The notes below the pieces were generated by a model. The model did no database searches and was not told the origin of the DNA. It saw only the letters and a program-made list of their open reading frames with translations. Shown one piece after another: positions 1 through 10,518 of a DNA stretch of 64,000 bases (the first letter of the stretch is position 1; each line of letters starts with the position of its first letter). A program made the translations under genes and the position numbers. The DNA lies in IMG/VR virus record IMGVR_UViG_3300021407_000013, positions 11,146 to 75,145 of that record. The stretch is one strand, 5' to 3'. This DNA comes from a virus.

Positions 1-809
1 ATGCCTATTAGGCTTACATCCAAACTATATTGAACAACAAAATTCAAAAAACCAATAATATCATTATTATCTACACCATATGTAGTTACTCTAACAGTAT
101 CACAAGCTAATTGGGTGCTTAGAGCAGTTTGACTAAGAAATGGAAAAGCCTGTAATGCTTTGGTTTCTTCTATATGAATCGAAGCATACGGAGGCGGCTC
201 ATTCTCAGGAACAAGAAATGAAGGAAACATATTCTTAATTGGACAAACAAGCCCGCCATTAAAATCTGGCAAATAATTTGGAAAAGATAACCAAATTGGT
301 AAAGAATTTGTAACAATCAATGCATTTGCTAAATTATTTAAAACATCAATATCATCTACAATCTGTGTACTCATTACAGAAGTAACAGCTACACCAAGAT
401 AATGCCATAAATCTGCTTGTTGAAAATACTTGCCTTGTGAACTAAATGTGAAACGAATACCCTTATATTCAGCTAAATAAAGAAATTGCGGCTCAATTTT
501 ATTAAATACATCGCATTGTGTCAATGCAGTAAACACAATAGTATTCATAGAAATAGTTGATTCTTCTTCTTGCTCAACTTCTACTGAGTAATGAAGCGCC
601 CCTTTAATTTGAAGACTCGCTGGAGGATCACCTGCTACTGGCATTACCAGATTGTAATTTACCCAAAAAAGAAAGCCATCTAGCGGAAGAACCATCCTCT
701 TATAAAGTGTAAAAGTAATAGTTTGGTTAGCATCAAGTGTATTTACACCTGCTTCAAGAATAGCTCCTAATGGAGGTTTTCCACCTACAGCTTCATTAAC
801 TGTGGGCAT
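1..809 (-). CDS. Virion structural protein, partial (runs off the left edge)
   Basis: ATG at 809 overlaps the stop of 809..1315; the frame (MPTVNEAVGG...FTLYKRMVLPLDGFLFW...) stays open to the window edge; lies in the head/neck operon. Confidence 0.7.
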   Translation of the reverse strand, partial: MPTVNEAVGGKPPLGAILEAGVNTLDANQTITFTLYKRMVLPLDGFLFWVNYNLVMPVAGDPPASLQIKGALHYSVEVEQEEESTISMNTIVFTALTQCDVFNKIEPQFLYLAEYKGIRFTFSSQGKYFQQADLWHYLGVAVTSVMSTQIVDDIDVLNNLANALIVTNSLPIWLSFPNYLPDFNGGLVCPIKNMFPSFLVPENEPPPYASIHIEETKALQAFPFLSQTALSTQLACDTVRVTTYGVDNNDIIGFLNFVVQYSLDVSLIG

Positions 810-1315
810 TATTTAATATCCGCCCAACATCTAAATGATACTCGATAGATACCAGATCGTTCAAACGATGGGCGCTGCCGAGTGCTTATGCCACGTTTGC
901 GCTTCTTGCCTCTTGAAACTTTCGTAGGAACACCAGACACCATTCCGTTCATTTCTTCTTGGTCAAGAAAGCCTCTAAACAGCTTTTCAATTTTATTCGT
1001 TTTAGAAGCCATAAACTTAACCATACGCGCGCTGGTAGGTTTTCGCACCTCAGATAGCGCATCTACCACAAAATTTTCAAATGTTTCTGTAACAATATCG
1101 GAAATTTCTTCATCATAAATATCTGTAAATGTACCAAGAATACCATATTTACTTTCTAAAATGTCACCTACATCTTCAGCAGTTCGTCTCGGACCTGAGT
1201 AACGACGACGCATTTTTGCTTCATGCGCTTTAACAGCAGCCACAGGTGCTGCCATATTCTTCAATGTATATGGAGTATTTAGAAACCCCATATGTATGAC
1301 AATATCTCTTGCCAC
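809..1315 (-). CDS. Putative neck/tail-completion protein
   Basis: 168 aa, translationally coupled within the structural operon, basic C-terminus. Confidence 0.55.
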   Translation of the reverse strand: MARDIVIHMGFLNTPYTLKNMAAPVAAVKAHEAKMRRRYSGPRRTAEDVGDILESKYGILGTFTDIYDEEISDIVTETFENFVVDALSEVRKPTSARMVKFMASKTNKIEKLFRGFLDQEEMNGMVSGVPTKVSRGKKRKRGISTRQRPSFERSGIYRVSFRCWADIK

Positions 1316-1542
1316 TAGAACAAATCCGCTCCGTTTTGTGGAGGAGGTTCTTCATTAACACGTTTTATAGTTGTTGATTGAGAATTTTCTGTTTCTTTAT
1401 GAGTTATCTCAAAATTGCCCCTGCCTTGAGGAGCAGGCATAGTGGAATTTTCATCAGATAAAGGCGGCGGATTATCAGCAATAACTACACCAAATCGTAA
1501 TTTGGCATTTGCTGCGCTAACATTTAGAAGGTGTTGTGGCAT
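1315..1542 (-). CDS. Hypothetical protein (ends GADLF)
   Basis: RBS-preceded ORF coupled to 809..1315. Confidence 0.55.
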   Translation of the reverse strand: MPQHLLNVSAANAKLRFGVVIADNPPPLSDENSTMPAPQGRGNFEITHKETENSQSTTIKRVNEEPPPQNGADLF

Positions 1543-1551
1543 AGTATCCTC

Positions 1552-1776
1552 TCATATTGCCCACTCATAGTCGTCAGCAAGTAAATCAGATTGCGTTGGC
1601 ATCCAAGCAACAAGTTTTTTACCCATTGTAATATAAATATATGGTTCTGTCATCTTAGAATTAGCATCTGGTTTTTGAATTGCAATACTCCAATCGGCGG
1701 GCCATGATATACGACGACATGGTTTACCAGCGCCGATAGTTGATTGCATATGAGCAATTGCCCAGCCTATATTCAT
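1552..1776 (-). CDS. DUF2829 / Tad2-like protein (putative anti-Thoeris nucleotide sponge)
   Basis: Pattern MNIGWAI..GK..RR.SW...PYIYI....[16 protein letters not shown] matches DUF2829 (W.xSQ.DLLA.DW). Confidence 0.7.
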   Translation of the reverse strand: MNIGWAIAHMQSTIGAGKPCRRISWPADWSIAIQKPDANSKMTEPYIYITMGKKLVAWMPTQSDLLADDYEWAI

Positions 1777-2207
1777 GGTATAGTAACCGTATTGGTATTT
1801 ACTGGAGGATACTGTCTACCTTGAGCATTACTAACAATAACTTGGCAGAAGACTTCCGCTCCAGAATTTCCTGTTCCAAATAACCAAGTAGATCCTGTTG
1901 CGCCAATGGCTGCACCACCATTTAAGAACCATTGATAAGCATAGGCAGTAGGATAACCATTCCATAATCCACCAGTGCAAAGAACATAATTTGGATTAAG
2001 AGTGCATTGTGGTGGAATCATATTATATAATGGCATATTTAATGGCGGATTAGGCGTATTGCCTTGCGATAGCCAAACTTGATAAGCCTGCCAATCTGTA
2101 TTGGCAGGATCATTTGGAATAAACGCACCATCTGAGTTCCGAATAATTACATTCGGATCAATGGAGTTAGTCATATAACTCCAAACCTGCGTATAGCCTT
2201 GGTTCAT
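1773..2207 (-). CDS. Tail-fibre-assembly-like domain fused to an Ig-like domain
   Basis: N-terminal IIR.SDGAFIP.DP.N.DWQ.Y..WL.QGN.P is shared with 60900..61118; C-terminal G.W...P..YAYQW Ig-like repeat. Confidence 0.55.
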   Translation of the reverse strand: MNQGYTQVWSYMTNSIDPNVIIRNSDGAFIPNDPANTDWQAYQVWLSQGNTPNPPLNMPLYNMIPPQCTLNPNYVLCTGGLWNGYPTAYAYQWFLNGGAAIGATGSTWLFGTGNSGAEVFCQVIVSNAQGRQYPPVNTNTVTIP

Positions 2208-2575
2208 GGAATAACTATCCCGTTAGATGGAGGCGCGGCTGTAGTACCAATAGTATTTGTCGCTGAAACAATACAAGTCAATGTCGTTCCACTATCACCT
2301 GCTTGAATAGTGCGATCACCATTAGTTTGAGGCGCCCCAACATTAACACCATTTCGTTGCCATTGCCAAGCATAGGTGTCAACTAAATCGCCCATATTTT
2401 GCCAATTGCCATGCGTACAAAGAACTGTATCTCCAACTTCACCTGTTCCGCTTGTAACAGACAAATACGGAACATCAATATTAACAGGAGGATCTGTCTC
2501 TGGCGGAGGCGCAACATTAATATGCCACAACAATGCTGCTCTTTTTTGAGTCATTACCTGCGGATATTGCGGCAT
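2204..2575 (-). CDS. Ig-like domain virion protein
   Basis: PPVN...GNW...YAWQWQRNG...D.G..LTC.V.ATN..G repeat. Confidence 0.6.
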   Translation of the reverse strand: MPQYPQVMTQKRAALLWHINVAPPPETDPPVNIDVPYLSVTSGTGEVGDTVLCTHGNWQNMGDLVDTYAWQWQRNGVNVGAPQTNGDRTIQAGDSGTTLTCIVSATNTIGTTAAPPSNGIVIP

Positions 2576-2584
2576 TTGAAACTC

Positions 2585-2944
2585 CTATGGGGTAGGAACG
2601 ACTACCCACGCGCCAGCTTGTCGCGCGTACATTTGCCCATCATTGGGCGCATCTTCAAGTCCGTCAGCTCCAGCTGGACCTGTAGCGCCCGGATCGCCAA
2701 CTGGACCCTGAGGCCCTTGTGATCCTGTAGCGCCTGTATTGCCAGGTGGACCCTGAGGACCCTCAGGTCCTTCAGGTCCTTCCGGTCCTTCAGGTCCTGG
2801 ATCACCCTGGGGTCCTTGTGGACCGGGAGGGCCTGCTGGACCTGCTGGACCGGGAACTCCAGGCGCTGCTGCCATTTGGAAGTGCTCCATACTTTCAGCA
2901 TATGCGATGCCGCCTCTGCTGCCGGGTCCTGGGCCATATGGCAT
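2585..2944 (-). CDS. Collagen-like fibre protein
   Basis: About 22 G-X-Y triplets followed by [18 protein letters not shown]. Confidence 0.8.
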   Translation of the reverse strand: MPYGPGPGSRGGIAYAESMEHFQMAAAPGVPGPAGPAGPPGPQGPQGDPGPEGPEGPEGPEGPQGPPGNTGATGSQGPQGPVGDPGATGPAGADGLEDAPNDGQMYARQAGAWVVVPTP

Positions 2945-2953
2945 CTAAGGCTC

Positions 2954-4057
2954 CTACGTCACATTAATAGTACAAGTGCTTGGAACACCTATACCTACAG
3001 AATTTTGAGCATAAAGGGTATAAGTATAAGTACCAACTTCTACGAAACTTGCATTAGCCACCGTAACTACACCTGAACCATCTATAGTAAATATACCATC
3101 TGGTGTACTACCAGTAGGAACAATAGCCCAAGCATCTGGACTATCTGTTCCAAAACATTGCCCAACAAAATCACCGTTAGATACTGGAAGAGCAATATCA
3201 AAATTTGCAGGATCAATAACAGGTTCAGTAGGAGGATTCACATAAACTTGATTAGATGTTGCTGTAGCAATACCACCACCTACGGCATTTGCTGCCTGTG
3301 CTACTCCACCAATATATGTTCCTTCATCAGCAGTTGTAGTAATATATGAATTGCTTGCTTGTCCACTAATAGACGAACCATTTCGTGTCCATCCATAATA
3401 GTAACCTGTCGGATTACCAGTCCAATTTCCGTTATTTAAACTTAATGTATCACCAACATTTACAGGTCCAACAGGAGTAATTGTTGGCGCAATGATATTA
3501 ACAGGCGGTCCAGCAATGGATACAGTGTTACTTGTAGGTTCTGCTGAACTTCTACCACCATCATTATCAGCTGCTACAGTCGCGCCAATTGTATTGTTTC
3601 TATCAGCAATAGTAGTCATATAAGTAATATTATTCGCACCAACAATAGGATTATTATTTCTAGTCCATTGAATATCAAATCCTACAGGATTATTAGTCCA
3701 AACACCTGTATTGAGTGTTAACAATGTTCCTGAATTTAATGTTCCAGTAGGGGTAATAGATGGCGGTGTTGTATTAACAGGAACAGGCGGAGGTCCAGGT
3801 GCTGTGTCCCATACAGGCATTGCATTGGGCGCCCCAGATATAACTACTGGAACAGCATTATTTGCATTTCCTTGGTCAGTACCAAATGGAGGCGTTCCTG
3901 CTCCAGCAGCGAAATATACTGGAATTGGACCTGAATAAACACCTGTTGGTCCTGATTCTATAGTAATTGGCATTGCTTTAGGTGACGAAGATAGAAAAAC
4001 TGGTATAGCACCAGCAGGATTTGTCCTGTCATTAGGGTATCTAATGGCAGAAGGCAT
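2954..4057 (-). CDS. Multi-Ig-like / cadherin-like virion decoration protein
   Basis: Two PVN..PP.ITP.G...G.W..NP..Y.W.RNG Ig-like repeats plus a cadherin-like C-terminus; start moved to ATG 4057, which overlaps the upstream TGA. Confidence 0.65.
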   Translation of the reverse strand: MPSAIRYPNDRTNPAGAIPVFLSSSPKAMPITIESGPTGVYSGPIPVYFAAGAGTPPFGTDQGNANNAVPVVISGAPNAMPVWDTAPGPPPVPVNTTPPSITPTGTLNSGTLLTLNTGVWTNNPVGFDIQWTRNNNPIVGANNITYMTTIADRNNTIGATVAADNDGGRSSAEPTSNTVSIAGPPVNIIAPTITPVGPVNVGDTLSLNNGNWTGNPTGYYYGWTRNGSSISGQASNSYITTTADEGTYIGGVAQAANAVGGGIATATSNQVYVNPPTEPVIDPANFDIALPVSNGDFVGQCFGTDSPDAWAIVPTGSTPDGIFTIDGSGVVTVANASFVEVGTYTYTLYAQNSVGIGVPSTCTINVT

Positions 4058-4542
4058 CAGGGTGTCCAACCCCACATAGAGCCGACGCTTTGGGCAATGC
4101 CCATATAGATGCGCCCCCAAGGAGTTTTCAACGTCTGCAAGTCCCCAAGCGTTAAATTCTCCATACTCTTTAGCAATTGCAATCCAGCACTCGTTCCTTG
4201 ATCTGCTGCATTATTCACAAGACCTGGAACAAAGCTATTAAGATTCAAACTGCCTCGTAAATCTGCCCAATATGTAGCCGCGTTATCAGGAGGCGGAACT
4301 GCATTTGGATCATCTTGTGCTATATTGACTAAGTAATCTCCAGCTAAATTATAGACTGCGACCGTAAAAACACCAGGATTTGCGCACCAAATGTATCTGT
4401 TAACAATTTCAAAAGCTATGTCATACGACATTTGAATATAAATACTATCCTCAGGGAGTACGTTATCTGGTACTCCCATCACAGAATAAACCCAAGCTGT
4501 ATAGCCCTCTATTGTTGGAGGAGCTAAGTCTTGGAGAGACAT
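4057..4542 (-). CDS. Head-tail adaptor/neck protein
   Basis: Position after the MCP; C-terminal LKTPWGR.Y motif typical of DUF4054-like adaptors. Confidence 0.65.
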   Translation of the reverse strand: MSLQDLAPPTIEGYTAWVYSVMGVPDNVLPEDSIYIQMSYDIAFEIVNRYIWCANPGVFTVAVYNLAGDYLVNIAQDDPNAVPPPDNAATYWADLRGSLNLNSFVPGLVNNAADQGTSAGLQLLKSMENLTLGDLQTLKTPWGRIYMGIAQSVGSMWGWTP

Positions 4543-5102
4543 TAGAATACTGACCTCTTAGCTTGTCCTGTTTTGAATAGGTCAGTAACAATACCTAACG
4601 GACCCCTTTCACTAGGGTCTTGAGGCGCACCGCGTTCTTTGGATCGGGTGATTGTGATTTTTTCGGCGATCTCAGGGTCGCGGTCTTTAGTTGGTTTCTC
4701 TGTGATCTCCATTTCAAAACTTGTAAGCTTCTCACCAGCATTTTCCTCGATCTGTGCATTGACAGCAATAGCTGCCTCAGCGCGAAGTCTTTCACCAGTT
4801 TTCTTGCTGACTTCTCGATTGCTGACAACAAGCTCAACAATCTTCTCAGCAGGGATAGGTTTATCAATTGAATACATATATGGGATAAAGTATCCTTTAA
4901 ATTGATCCAATTCCGTAACACGAACCATTCCATATTTTACGTGGAATTGTGCAATAATGTCAATCTGCTTCTGGTCTAATTCTCCAGAAAGCTTAATTTG
5001 ACCTCCAATAGGAATCATTTGTCTGCGATAATTTTTGAAATCAGGCAAACGATATTGGAAGTCTATATTTTGATGTGTGCCGTTAGCAACAAACATTTGC
5101 AT
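4542..5102 (-). CDS. Conserved virion morphogenesis protein
   Basis: 186 aa directly downstream of the MCP. Confidence 0.6.
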   Translation of the reverse strand: MQMFVANGTHQNIDFQYRLPDFKNYRRQMIPIGGQIKLSGELDQKQIDIIAQFHVKYGMVRVTELDQFKGYFIPYMYSIDKPIPAEKIVELVVSNREVSKKTGERLRAEAAIAVNAQIEENAGEKLTSFEMEITEKPTKDRDPEIAEKITITRSKERGAPQDPSERGPLGIVTDLFKTGQAKRSVF

Positions 5103-5200
5103 TTGGATTAATCCTTGCTACCAAGGGACGGCCGTGGGGTAGCAATCCACGACCGCCCAGGATCGTCCAGTTTCGAGAAAAAGATCCCTACAGCTGGAGA

Positions 5201-6229
5201 TTACTCGTACTGCATCGTGGCGATAACAATGCACTCAGGACGGACACCCCATCCCGAAGTGATGCGCCACTCGGACAGCACATCAATGGCGCCGCCGGCG
5301 AGCGGAGTGGGAATTTCACGAGGCGCTGCCATATCCGCGTACATCAAAGTGCAAGCCTCGATGCCAGGCGCAATTTTGGCAATTTCGTTCGTGTTGATCT
5401 TGCTGCCGACCGGCTTTTTGACTTCAGGCATAACGATTAGGACAACGTCATTGTTGCCACCGCCGACGCCCTTGCCGATCAAAGTATCATCATAAACCCA
5501 GGAAATAGTATCGCCGTTATTTCCCAGAACCGTCTCGAACATCCCCTTGGTTGACACAGAACCTGCGCCTTCGCGCTGGAACTGGACAACCTGGACGATG
5601 TTTTGATATTCCATCGCCGCTAGGGTTCTCTGCGGACCAAGAATTGTAAAGTGCCGCCCGATACCGAGTTGATTTGTCAAGGTCTTCAGCGCGCTGATCT
5701 GTGTGATAAGCCACACACCCAACTCGCCGTTGTCGTATGTCACAACGGTGTCATTTCCGTTGCTATCAGGCGGCAGCGATACGGCTGTGGCGCCCTGTGC
5801 GTTGAGAAGCCCTTCGCCGTTAATGGGATTCATCCCATATAGAAGAGCATTGCGAGCGAGTTGGAAATGGCCCTGTCTCATGCCGAGGCGTTGCGCCTCA
5901 ACCATGTTAAGGCCCCAATTGCCCATTGCCGCGGTGTCGTGATGATCATATTCCGCGCGCACCCTCAGAAGATAGCTGGCGGTAGAGATCATCGAGAGAG
6001 CGATGCTGACGCTCGGCAGCTGGTTGTAGGCAGCTTGCCCAGCAGCCATGCGCGTGCGAACGTCGAGACGCTTCATGTAAACATAAAGGTCTCCATCACT
6101 CAATCTGACAAGCGGTTCCTCGCCGGCCAAAGTGCTAAAAGCCCCTGATGCCTGGACATAAGGGAGAATGATCCCGGGTTCAACGAACGAAGGATTAACA
6201 ATGGCATATGACGGATTGACGCTACCCAT
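5201..6229 (-). CDS. Major capsid protein
   Basis: 342 aa, GC-shifted high-expression codon usage, NALLYG...EGLLN motif, follows protease and decoration genes. Confidence 0.85.
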   Translation of the reverse strand: MGSVNPSYAIVNPSFVEPGIILPYVQASGAFSTLAGEEPLVRLSDGDLYVYMKRLDVRTRMAAGQAAYNQLPSVSIALSMISTASYLLRVRAEYDHHDTAAMGNWGLNMVEAQRLGMRQGHFQLARNALLYGMNPINGEGLLNAQGATAVSLPPDSNGNDTVVTYDNGELGVWLITQISALKTLTNQLGIGRHFTILGPQRTLAAMEYQNIVQVVQFQREGAGSVSTKGMFETVLGNNGDTISWVYDDTLIGKGVGGGNNDVVLIVMPEVKKPVGSKINTNEIAKIAPGIEACTLMYADMAAPREIPTPLAGGAIDVLSEWRITSGWGVRPECIVIATMQYE

Positions 6230-6285
6230 GGAAGTTCACCTCATATTTTGAGAGGCGGGTTGCGCCTCAGTTGCACCGTTTTCGA

Positions 6286-6924
6286 TCAGATTTCGAGTAG
6301 AATTGTGTCACCTGAGCGGTTCCAAGTTGCGAAACCAGTCGTCGAATTGTAAACGACTGTCATCGAGTTTCCAAGATTGTACCCGATAACATTCATGCCA
6401 GCCGGCGGCAGAGCAATACCGCCAGCAGCAGTTGCCGTAACCCACTGGTTCGTAATATTGAAATACAGTGGGGCAGGTGCCAGTCCAACAGGAACTGGAT
6501 AACCTGGAGGCGCCAATTGTAGCAAGAGCGCCGGATCCATCGCCATAGGAATACGCGCACGGCTTCCAAAGCGATAGAAGTTCACAAGCATACCAACATT
6601 CGCTTGCGGAACTGGACTCGAAACGCTGTTGATCATAGCGTGATTCTGGTTGAACACGCTGATTCCGGTCGGTGCCACCGCCGCAGTCGCTCTCATGATA
6701 GAGTTCTGCAACGCTGGGTCCCAAAGGCTGCCAGTCGGCGGCAGATGCTCAGCAATTGGAACGCCGCCAAACATCGGCAGCGTTTCAGTCGGCGCCAATT
6801 GACCACCGGTCAACTGATACCGGATTGCGGGATCATCCATTGCCATACCCTGCATCATCCCGTCGAGCGAGATTTTGAAGGTACCACTGGCATTTGTGGT
6901 AAGAACAGGATTAATATTGATCAT
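6286..6924 (-). CDS. Capsid decoration/cement protein
   Basis: Lies between scaffold/protease and MCP, high-expression codon usage, FYRFGS.ARIP motif. Confidence 0.7.
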   Translation of the reverse strand: MININPVLTTNASGTFKISLDGMMQGMAMDDPAIRYQLTGGQLAPTETLPMFGGVPIAEHLPPTGSLWDPALQNSIMRATAAVAPTGISVFNQNHAMINSVSSPVPQANVGMLVNFYRFGSRARIPMAMDPALLLQLAPPGYPVPVGLAPAPLYFNITNQWVTATAAGGIALPPAGMNVIGYNLGNSMTVVYNSTTGFATWNRSGDTILLEI

Positions 6925-6962
6925 GACCCAAAAGCTCCTTAATGGTTAAGCCGACGACTCCC

Positions 6963-8762
6963 TCAGTTGTTGCTGTTTCGTATGCCAACAAGTTGGCGCT
7001 TCGGCGCAGCAAACTGACTCATCCACGCAGACGGTCTGCCGACGAAAGTGGAAATCGTGCGACCTGTGGAATCTTGGCTCTTGATCTCCCGTAGGAAGTC
7101 CTCACCCATATCTGCTGGGTGCAGACCGGCTTGTTCAGCATCGGAATAGATCGTATTCTCGATGTTGGCGAAGGCAGCATCATCCGCAATGACCTTAAGG
7201 TCAATATCCTTCCAGGCAGTGGAATGTTGCTTGAGGCCTGTGGCAAGACGACGGCGATACGCAATCAAGGTCTCCCCATCGAGCGGGCGCGGAGCTTTGC
7301 CTCCATGCATCAAATAGACGCGATCCGCCTTGACCTGCGAATCAGCCATTGCTGCATAGTCAGCGTCGGTCATCTGGCGCGGCAGTTTAGAGGCCACGTC
7401 AGCAACGCTTTTACGGAGCGTTTCAAGCTCGGCCGCATCAGCCTTTGCCTTGGCATCGGCCTTTTCTTTTTCCTCGGCATCCGTCTTGGCTTTGGCTTCC
7501 GCGTCCGCCTTGGCCTTGGCTTCTGCATCAGCTTTTTCGCGCTCGGCGGCGTCCATTTTGGCACGGGCGTCAGCCTTCTCCTTTTCGTCGGCGTCTGCCT
7601 TGGCTTTGTCAGCCTTCTCTTTCTCCTTCGCGTCCCAAGCATCGCTTACGGTCTGCTTGACTGAATCCTTGATAGAATCAGCGAAAGATGCAAAATAAGA
7701 ATCAAATCGGGCCTTGTCAGCCTTTTCCTTTTCTTCTGCATCAGCCTTTGCCTTGGCCTCATCTGTCTTGCGAGCGGCTTCAAGAGCCGCAGCTTTATCG
7801 TCGTCTGCCATAACAAGTTCCTTTTCTGCGGTTGACACGCCACTCGGCGATAGTCCTTTATCCCAAACACCCACAAAGCAAACCGCTATGTGGTCTAGCA
7901 ACCTTGGCTTACCTTCAATAAGTAATTTGTTACCATTCCTCAGTTTAATCTTTTGATCTTCGCCGGTAAGAACCACACAAGGCGAAGTGCTTAATTGATT
8001 TTCTGCCATTATCTTGGCAGCATGTTCATCCCAAACTTTGACAATAGCCCAAACTTCATCATCTTTAATATATGGAATAAACACAGAACCAATATTTCTA
8101 TCAAGATATTCTTTGGTATCTAAAGTTTTCGTACCTGGATGTTCAAAAATAACAGGAAGCCCATTGCAACGCTCAAGAAACTCTTGATTCAAATAAATCG
8201 ACTTGTCGCGCCACACATGCTCTTTAATACCACTTCGATACGATAATCCAGTGCCAGTAATACGAATATTGAACATCGTAAGGTTGGCATAACGCTGCGG
8301 TGATACTAGATCACCTGCTGCCATTAATTTGGCAATACCTAATTCGTCAGCATGTAATTTCTTTAAAGTAACAACCAAACCAGGATGTAATGGCTCGGGC
8401 GGCATTTCGAGTGGCGCCCACTTAAATCCTGTATGCTCTTCATCTAGTCTTGGAGGTACAAATTCGTCATCTACTTCTTGAATATAGGTCGTATAATCAA
8501 CTATTAAGCTTGGTCTATCACCGTTTCCTTCGTTTGTGGAGATGCGGCGAGAGAGTTCAAGTAATTCTCCAGAAGGGTAAAATCCAATTTCTTCAGAACA
8601 TTCTCTAATGGCTGCATCGACTGATGTTTCGTTTGCTTCCCGTTTTCCACCAGGTAGATCGTAAAATCCAGAATAATCTCCTGATTCTGAACGCTTAAGA
8701 AATAATGCCCTCTTGTCAGGTGTGACAAAGAGGATGCCGGAAGCATTGATTGTCTCCGTCAT
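6963..8762 (-). CDS. Nudix hydrolase - DUF2213 prohead protease - scaffold fusion
   Basis: Nudix box GGKREANETSVDAAIRECSEEIG; central GLPVIFEHP...LSTSP...LDHIAVC..GVWD; KADA-rich coiled-coil C-terminus. Confidence 0.8.
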   Translation of the reverse strand: MTETINASGILFVTPDKRALFLKRSESGDYSGFYDLPGGKREANETSVDAAIRECSEEIGFYPSGELLELSRRISTNEGNGDRPSLIVDYTTYIQEVDDEFVPPRLDEEHTGFKWAPLEMPPEPLHPGLVVTLKKLHADELGIAKLMAAGDLVSPQRYANLTMFNIRITGTGLSYRSGIKEHVWRDKSIYLNQEFLERCNGLPVIFEHPGTKTLDTKEYLDRNIGSVFIPYIKDDEVWAIVKVWDEHAAKIMAENQLSTSPCVVLTGEDQKIKLRNGNKLLIEGKPRLLDHIAVCFVGVWDKGLSPSGVSTAEKELVMADDDKAAALEAARKTDEAKAKADAEEKEKADKARFDSYFASFADSIKDSVKQTVSDAWDAKEKEKADKAKADADEKEKADARAKMDAAEREKADAEAKAKADAEAKAKTDAEEKEKADAKAKADAAELETLRKSVADVASKLPRQMTDADYAAMADSQVKADRVYLMHGGKAPRPLDGETLIAYRRRLATGLKQHSTAWKDIDLKVIADDAAFANIENTIYSDAEQAGLHPADMGEDFLREIKSQDSTGRTISTFVGRPSAWMSQFAAPKRQLVGIRNSNN

Positions 8763-8935
8763 TCTTTCTTACTCAAAGCACCAGTTCTTAGTTCTGAACG
8801 CTCGCTTTTATCTGAAAATGGTGCACAATTTTCCTTTTTGGCAGGATTTACAGTCACTGCTGCATCTTTTTTGGGCGCAAACAACGCATCCATCATTGAG
8901 TCCAATTTTGCCATATGTTCTTTGCTGCACGGCAT
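8759..8935 (-). CDS. Small hypothetical protein (58 aa, MPCSKEHMAKLDSMMD...)
   Basis: Read by hand; TAATG overlap with the portal stop and ATGA overlap with the protease start. Confidence 0.5.
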   Translation of the reverse strand: MPCSKEHMAKLDSMMDALFAPKKDAAVTVNPAKKENCAPFSDKSERSELRTGALSKKE

Positions 8936-10518
8936 TATTGAGCCTCAGTCGTTTGTTGTGACGGTAAACGCTGTCTTTCCTTGCGATGTTCAACTTCTTG
9001 AAGGTAATCTACCACCGCGCTTTCGAGTGCATCCACGCGCGTGGAACCTGAACGGCTTAATTCACCAAGTTTATAGTGTGGTTTTCCAGGTTGTCCTGCT
9101 GCGCCACCTTCTCCGCCTGGAGTTTCAATTGGAGGCTTAAATTTAGCCATTTTCTTGTAATCTAGGATCAACGGAGACGGGAACATAGCCTTCAAATCAT
9201 TAAAATTATCAGATGCCCACTCATAAAGTGTCTCTTTATTTTCATCATCTGCGAGTGGAAGTAGCAATTCAAGCATAGAAATCACACTTCTTAGCTTGAC
9301 ATTCGCTACTTTTATCTTTTCAGAGTCAGGTTCAGTCAACAAAGATGGCCAAACCGCAATAAAGTGGTCTGACCATTCTGTAAACGCCTGATTGTAGCTC
9401 TTTTTCTTGTATTCGTCAGGAAAATCGTTTTGAACTGTTTCGTAAAATTCCAAATTCCAGGCCCGATATTGCACAATTCGAGTGAAAAAATCATATAAAG
9501 GCTGCATTGACTCACGTAATTTATCAATATAGCGCGCTATCGCTTTGGCATCCTCCTCACCCTCAGCAAAGGCAACCGCCAATGTTTCTGAATTTACTAA
9601 TTTTGCTGGCATTCCAGCTGCTGCTGCTATATTTTCAAGTATGTTTTTTCGTGCTGTGCGTGATGAGTTGTCTATATTCTGTAGGTTTAAAGATTCAATA
9701 CTCTCATCGATTGAAATATTCATCACCGAGCCGGTCATTGCCTCCTTAAGCATACCACGCTTGATGCCAGCTATCTGTTGCATCACATTATTTATGATGC
9801 TGCCAGGTGCTTTCAATTTTGCTACGATGATTCCGGCCTTTTTAGTAACCAAATCATCTGTAATCATCGACTGTAGGAATGATTTAAGTGGATAAAGTGC
9901 GCGCTGATATACAGAGCGGCCAACATAACCCCAAGCTGAAGTAGTATAATCAAGATAAATTGGATCTTCATTCTGATAAATGCTAGTTCGCGTAAAATGA
10001 TACGATTGTCCTTGGACAGCAATCGTAATTGGCTTCAAAAATACAGGAGAATTTGGATTTTGGTTTAAAACCAAGCTTCCTGCGGTATTTAATGGATCAA
10101 AAACATTAAAAGTCATCGGTTTGTTGGCTAAAGTTGCAAAATCTAATGGTTTTGTAGGATCTTCTTTTGGAATCATCACCGCTACAGAGGAAATTCCATA
10201 AATTCTTGCTAATCTTACCACATTTGCAATGATTCTATCTGCATCTATGTTTTGCCACTCATCCGTAAACGCTTTTCTGACCCGATCTTCTGGTGATCCA
10301 GGGATGTTTATGGTGCGCCCCTGAGATTGCGCCAATTGAACCGGGGTATCTACCAGTTTTGCGCCGTAAGGATGGTAAGAATAGATGAGTTTGCAGAGTT
10401 CATACGACGCTGAAGATCCTAGCTCGATATTATCGGCCATTAGGATTTTCATAAGCGGCGTACCTAGTGGAGAGCCCCCAAACAAGCCTCCACCAGGTTC
10501 TATGACTGCTTCTGCCAT
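8935..10518 (-). CDS. Portal protein (DUF1073-like)
   Basis: 527 aa after TerL; LARIYG, GRSV and ENIAAAAGMPAKL motifs. Confidence 0.85.
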   Translation of the reverse strand: MAEAVIEPGGGLFGGSPLGTPLMKILMADNIELGSSASYELCKLIYSYHPYGAKLVDTPVQLAQSQGRTINIPGSPEDRVRKAFTDEWQNIDADRIIANVVRLARIYGISSVAVMIPKEDPTKPLDFATLANKPMTFNVFDPLNTAGSLVLNQNPNSPVFLKPITIAVQGQSYHFTRTSIYQNEDPIYLDYTTSAWGYVGRSVYQRALYPLKSFLQSMITDDLVTKKAGIIVAKLKAPGSIINNVMQQIAGIKRGMLKEAMTGSVMNISIDESIESLNLQNIDNSSRTARKNILENIAAAAGMPAKLVNSETLAVAFAEGEEDAKAIARYIDKLRESMQPLYDFFTRIVQYRAWNLEFYETVQNDFPDEYKKKSYNQAFTEWSDHFIAVWPSLLTEPDSEKIKVANVKLRSVISMLELLLPLADDENKETLYEWASDNFNDLKAMFPSPLILDYKKMAKFKPPIETPGGEGGAAGQPGKPHYKLGELSRSGSTRVDALESAVVDYLQEVEHRKERQRLPSQQTTEAQ

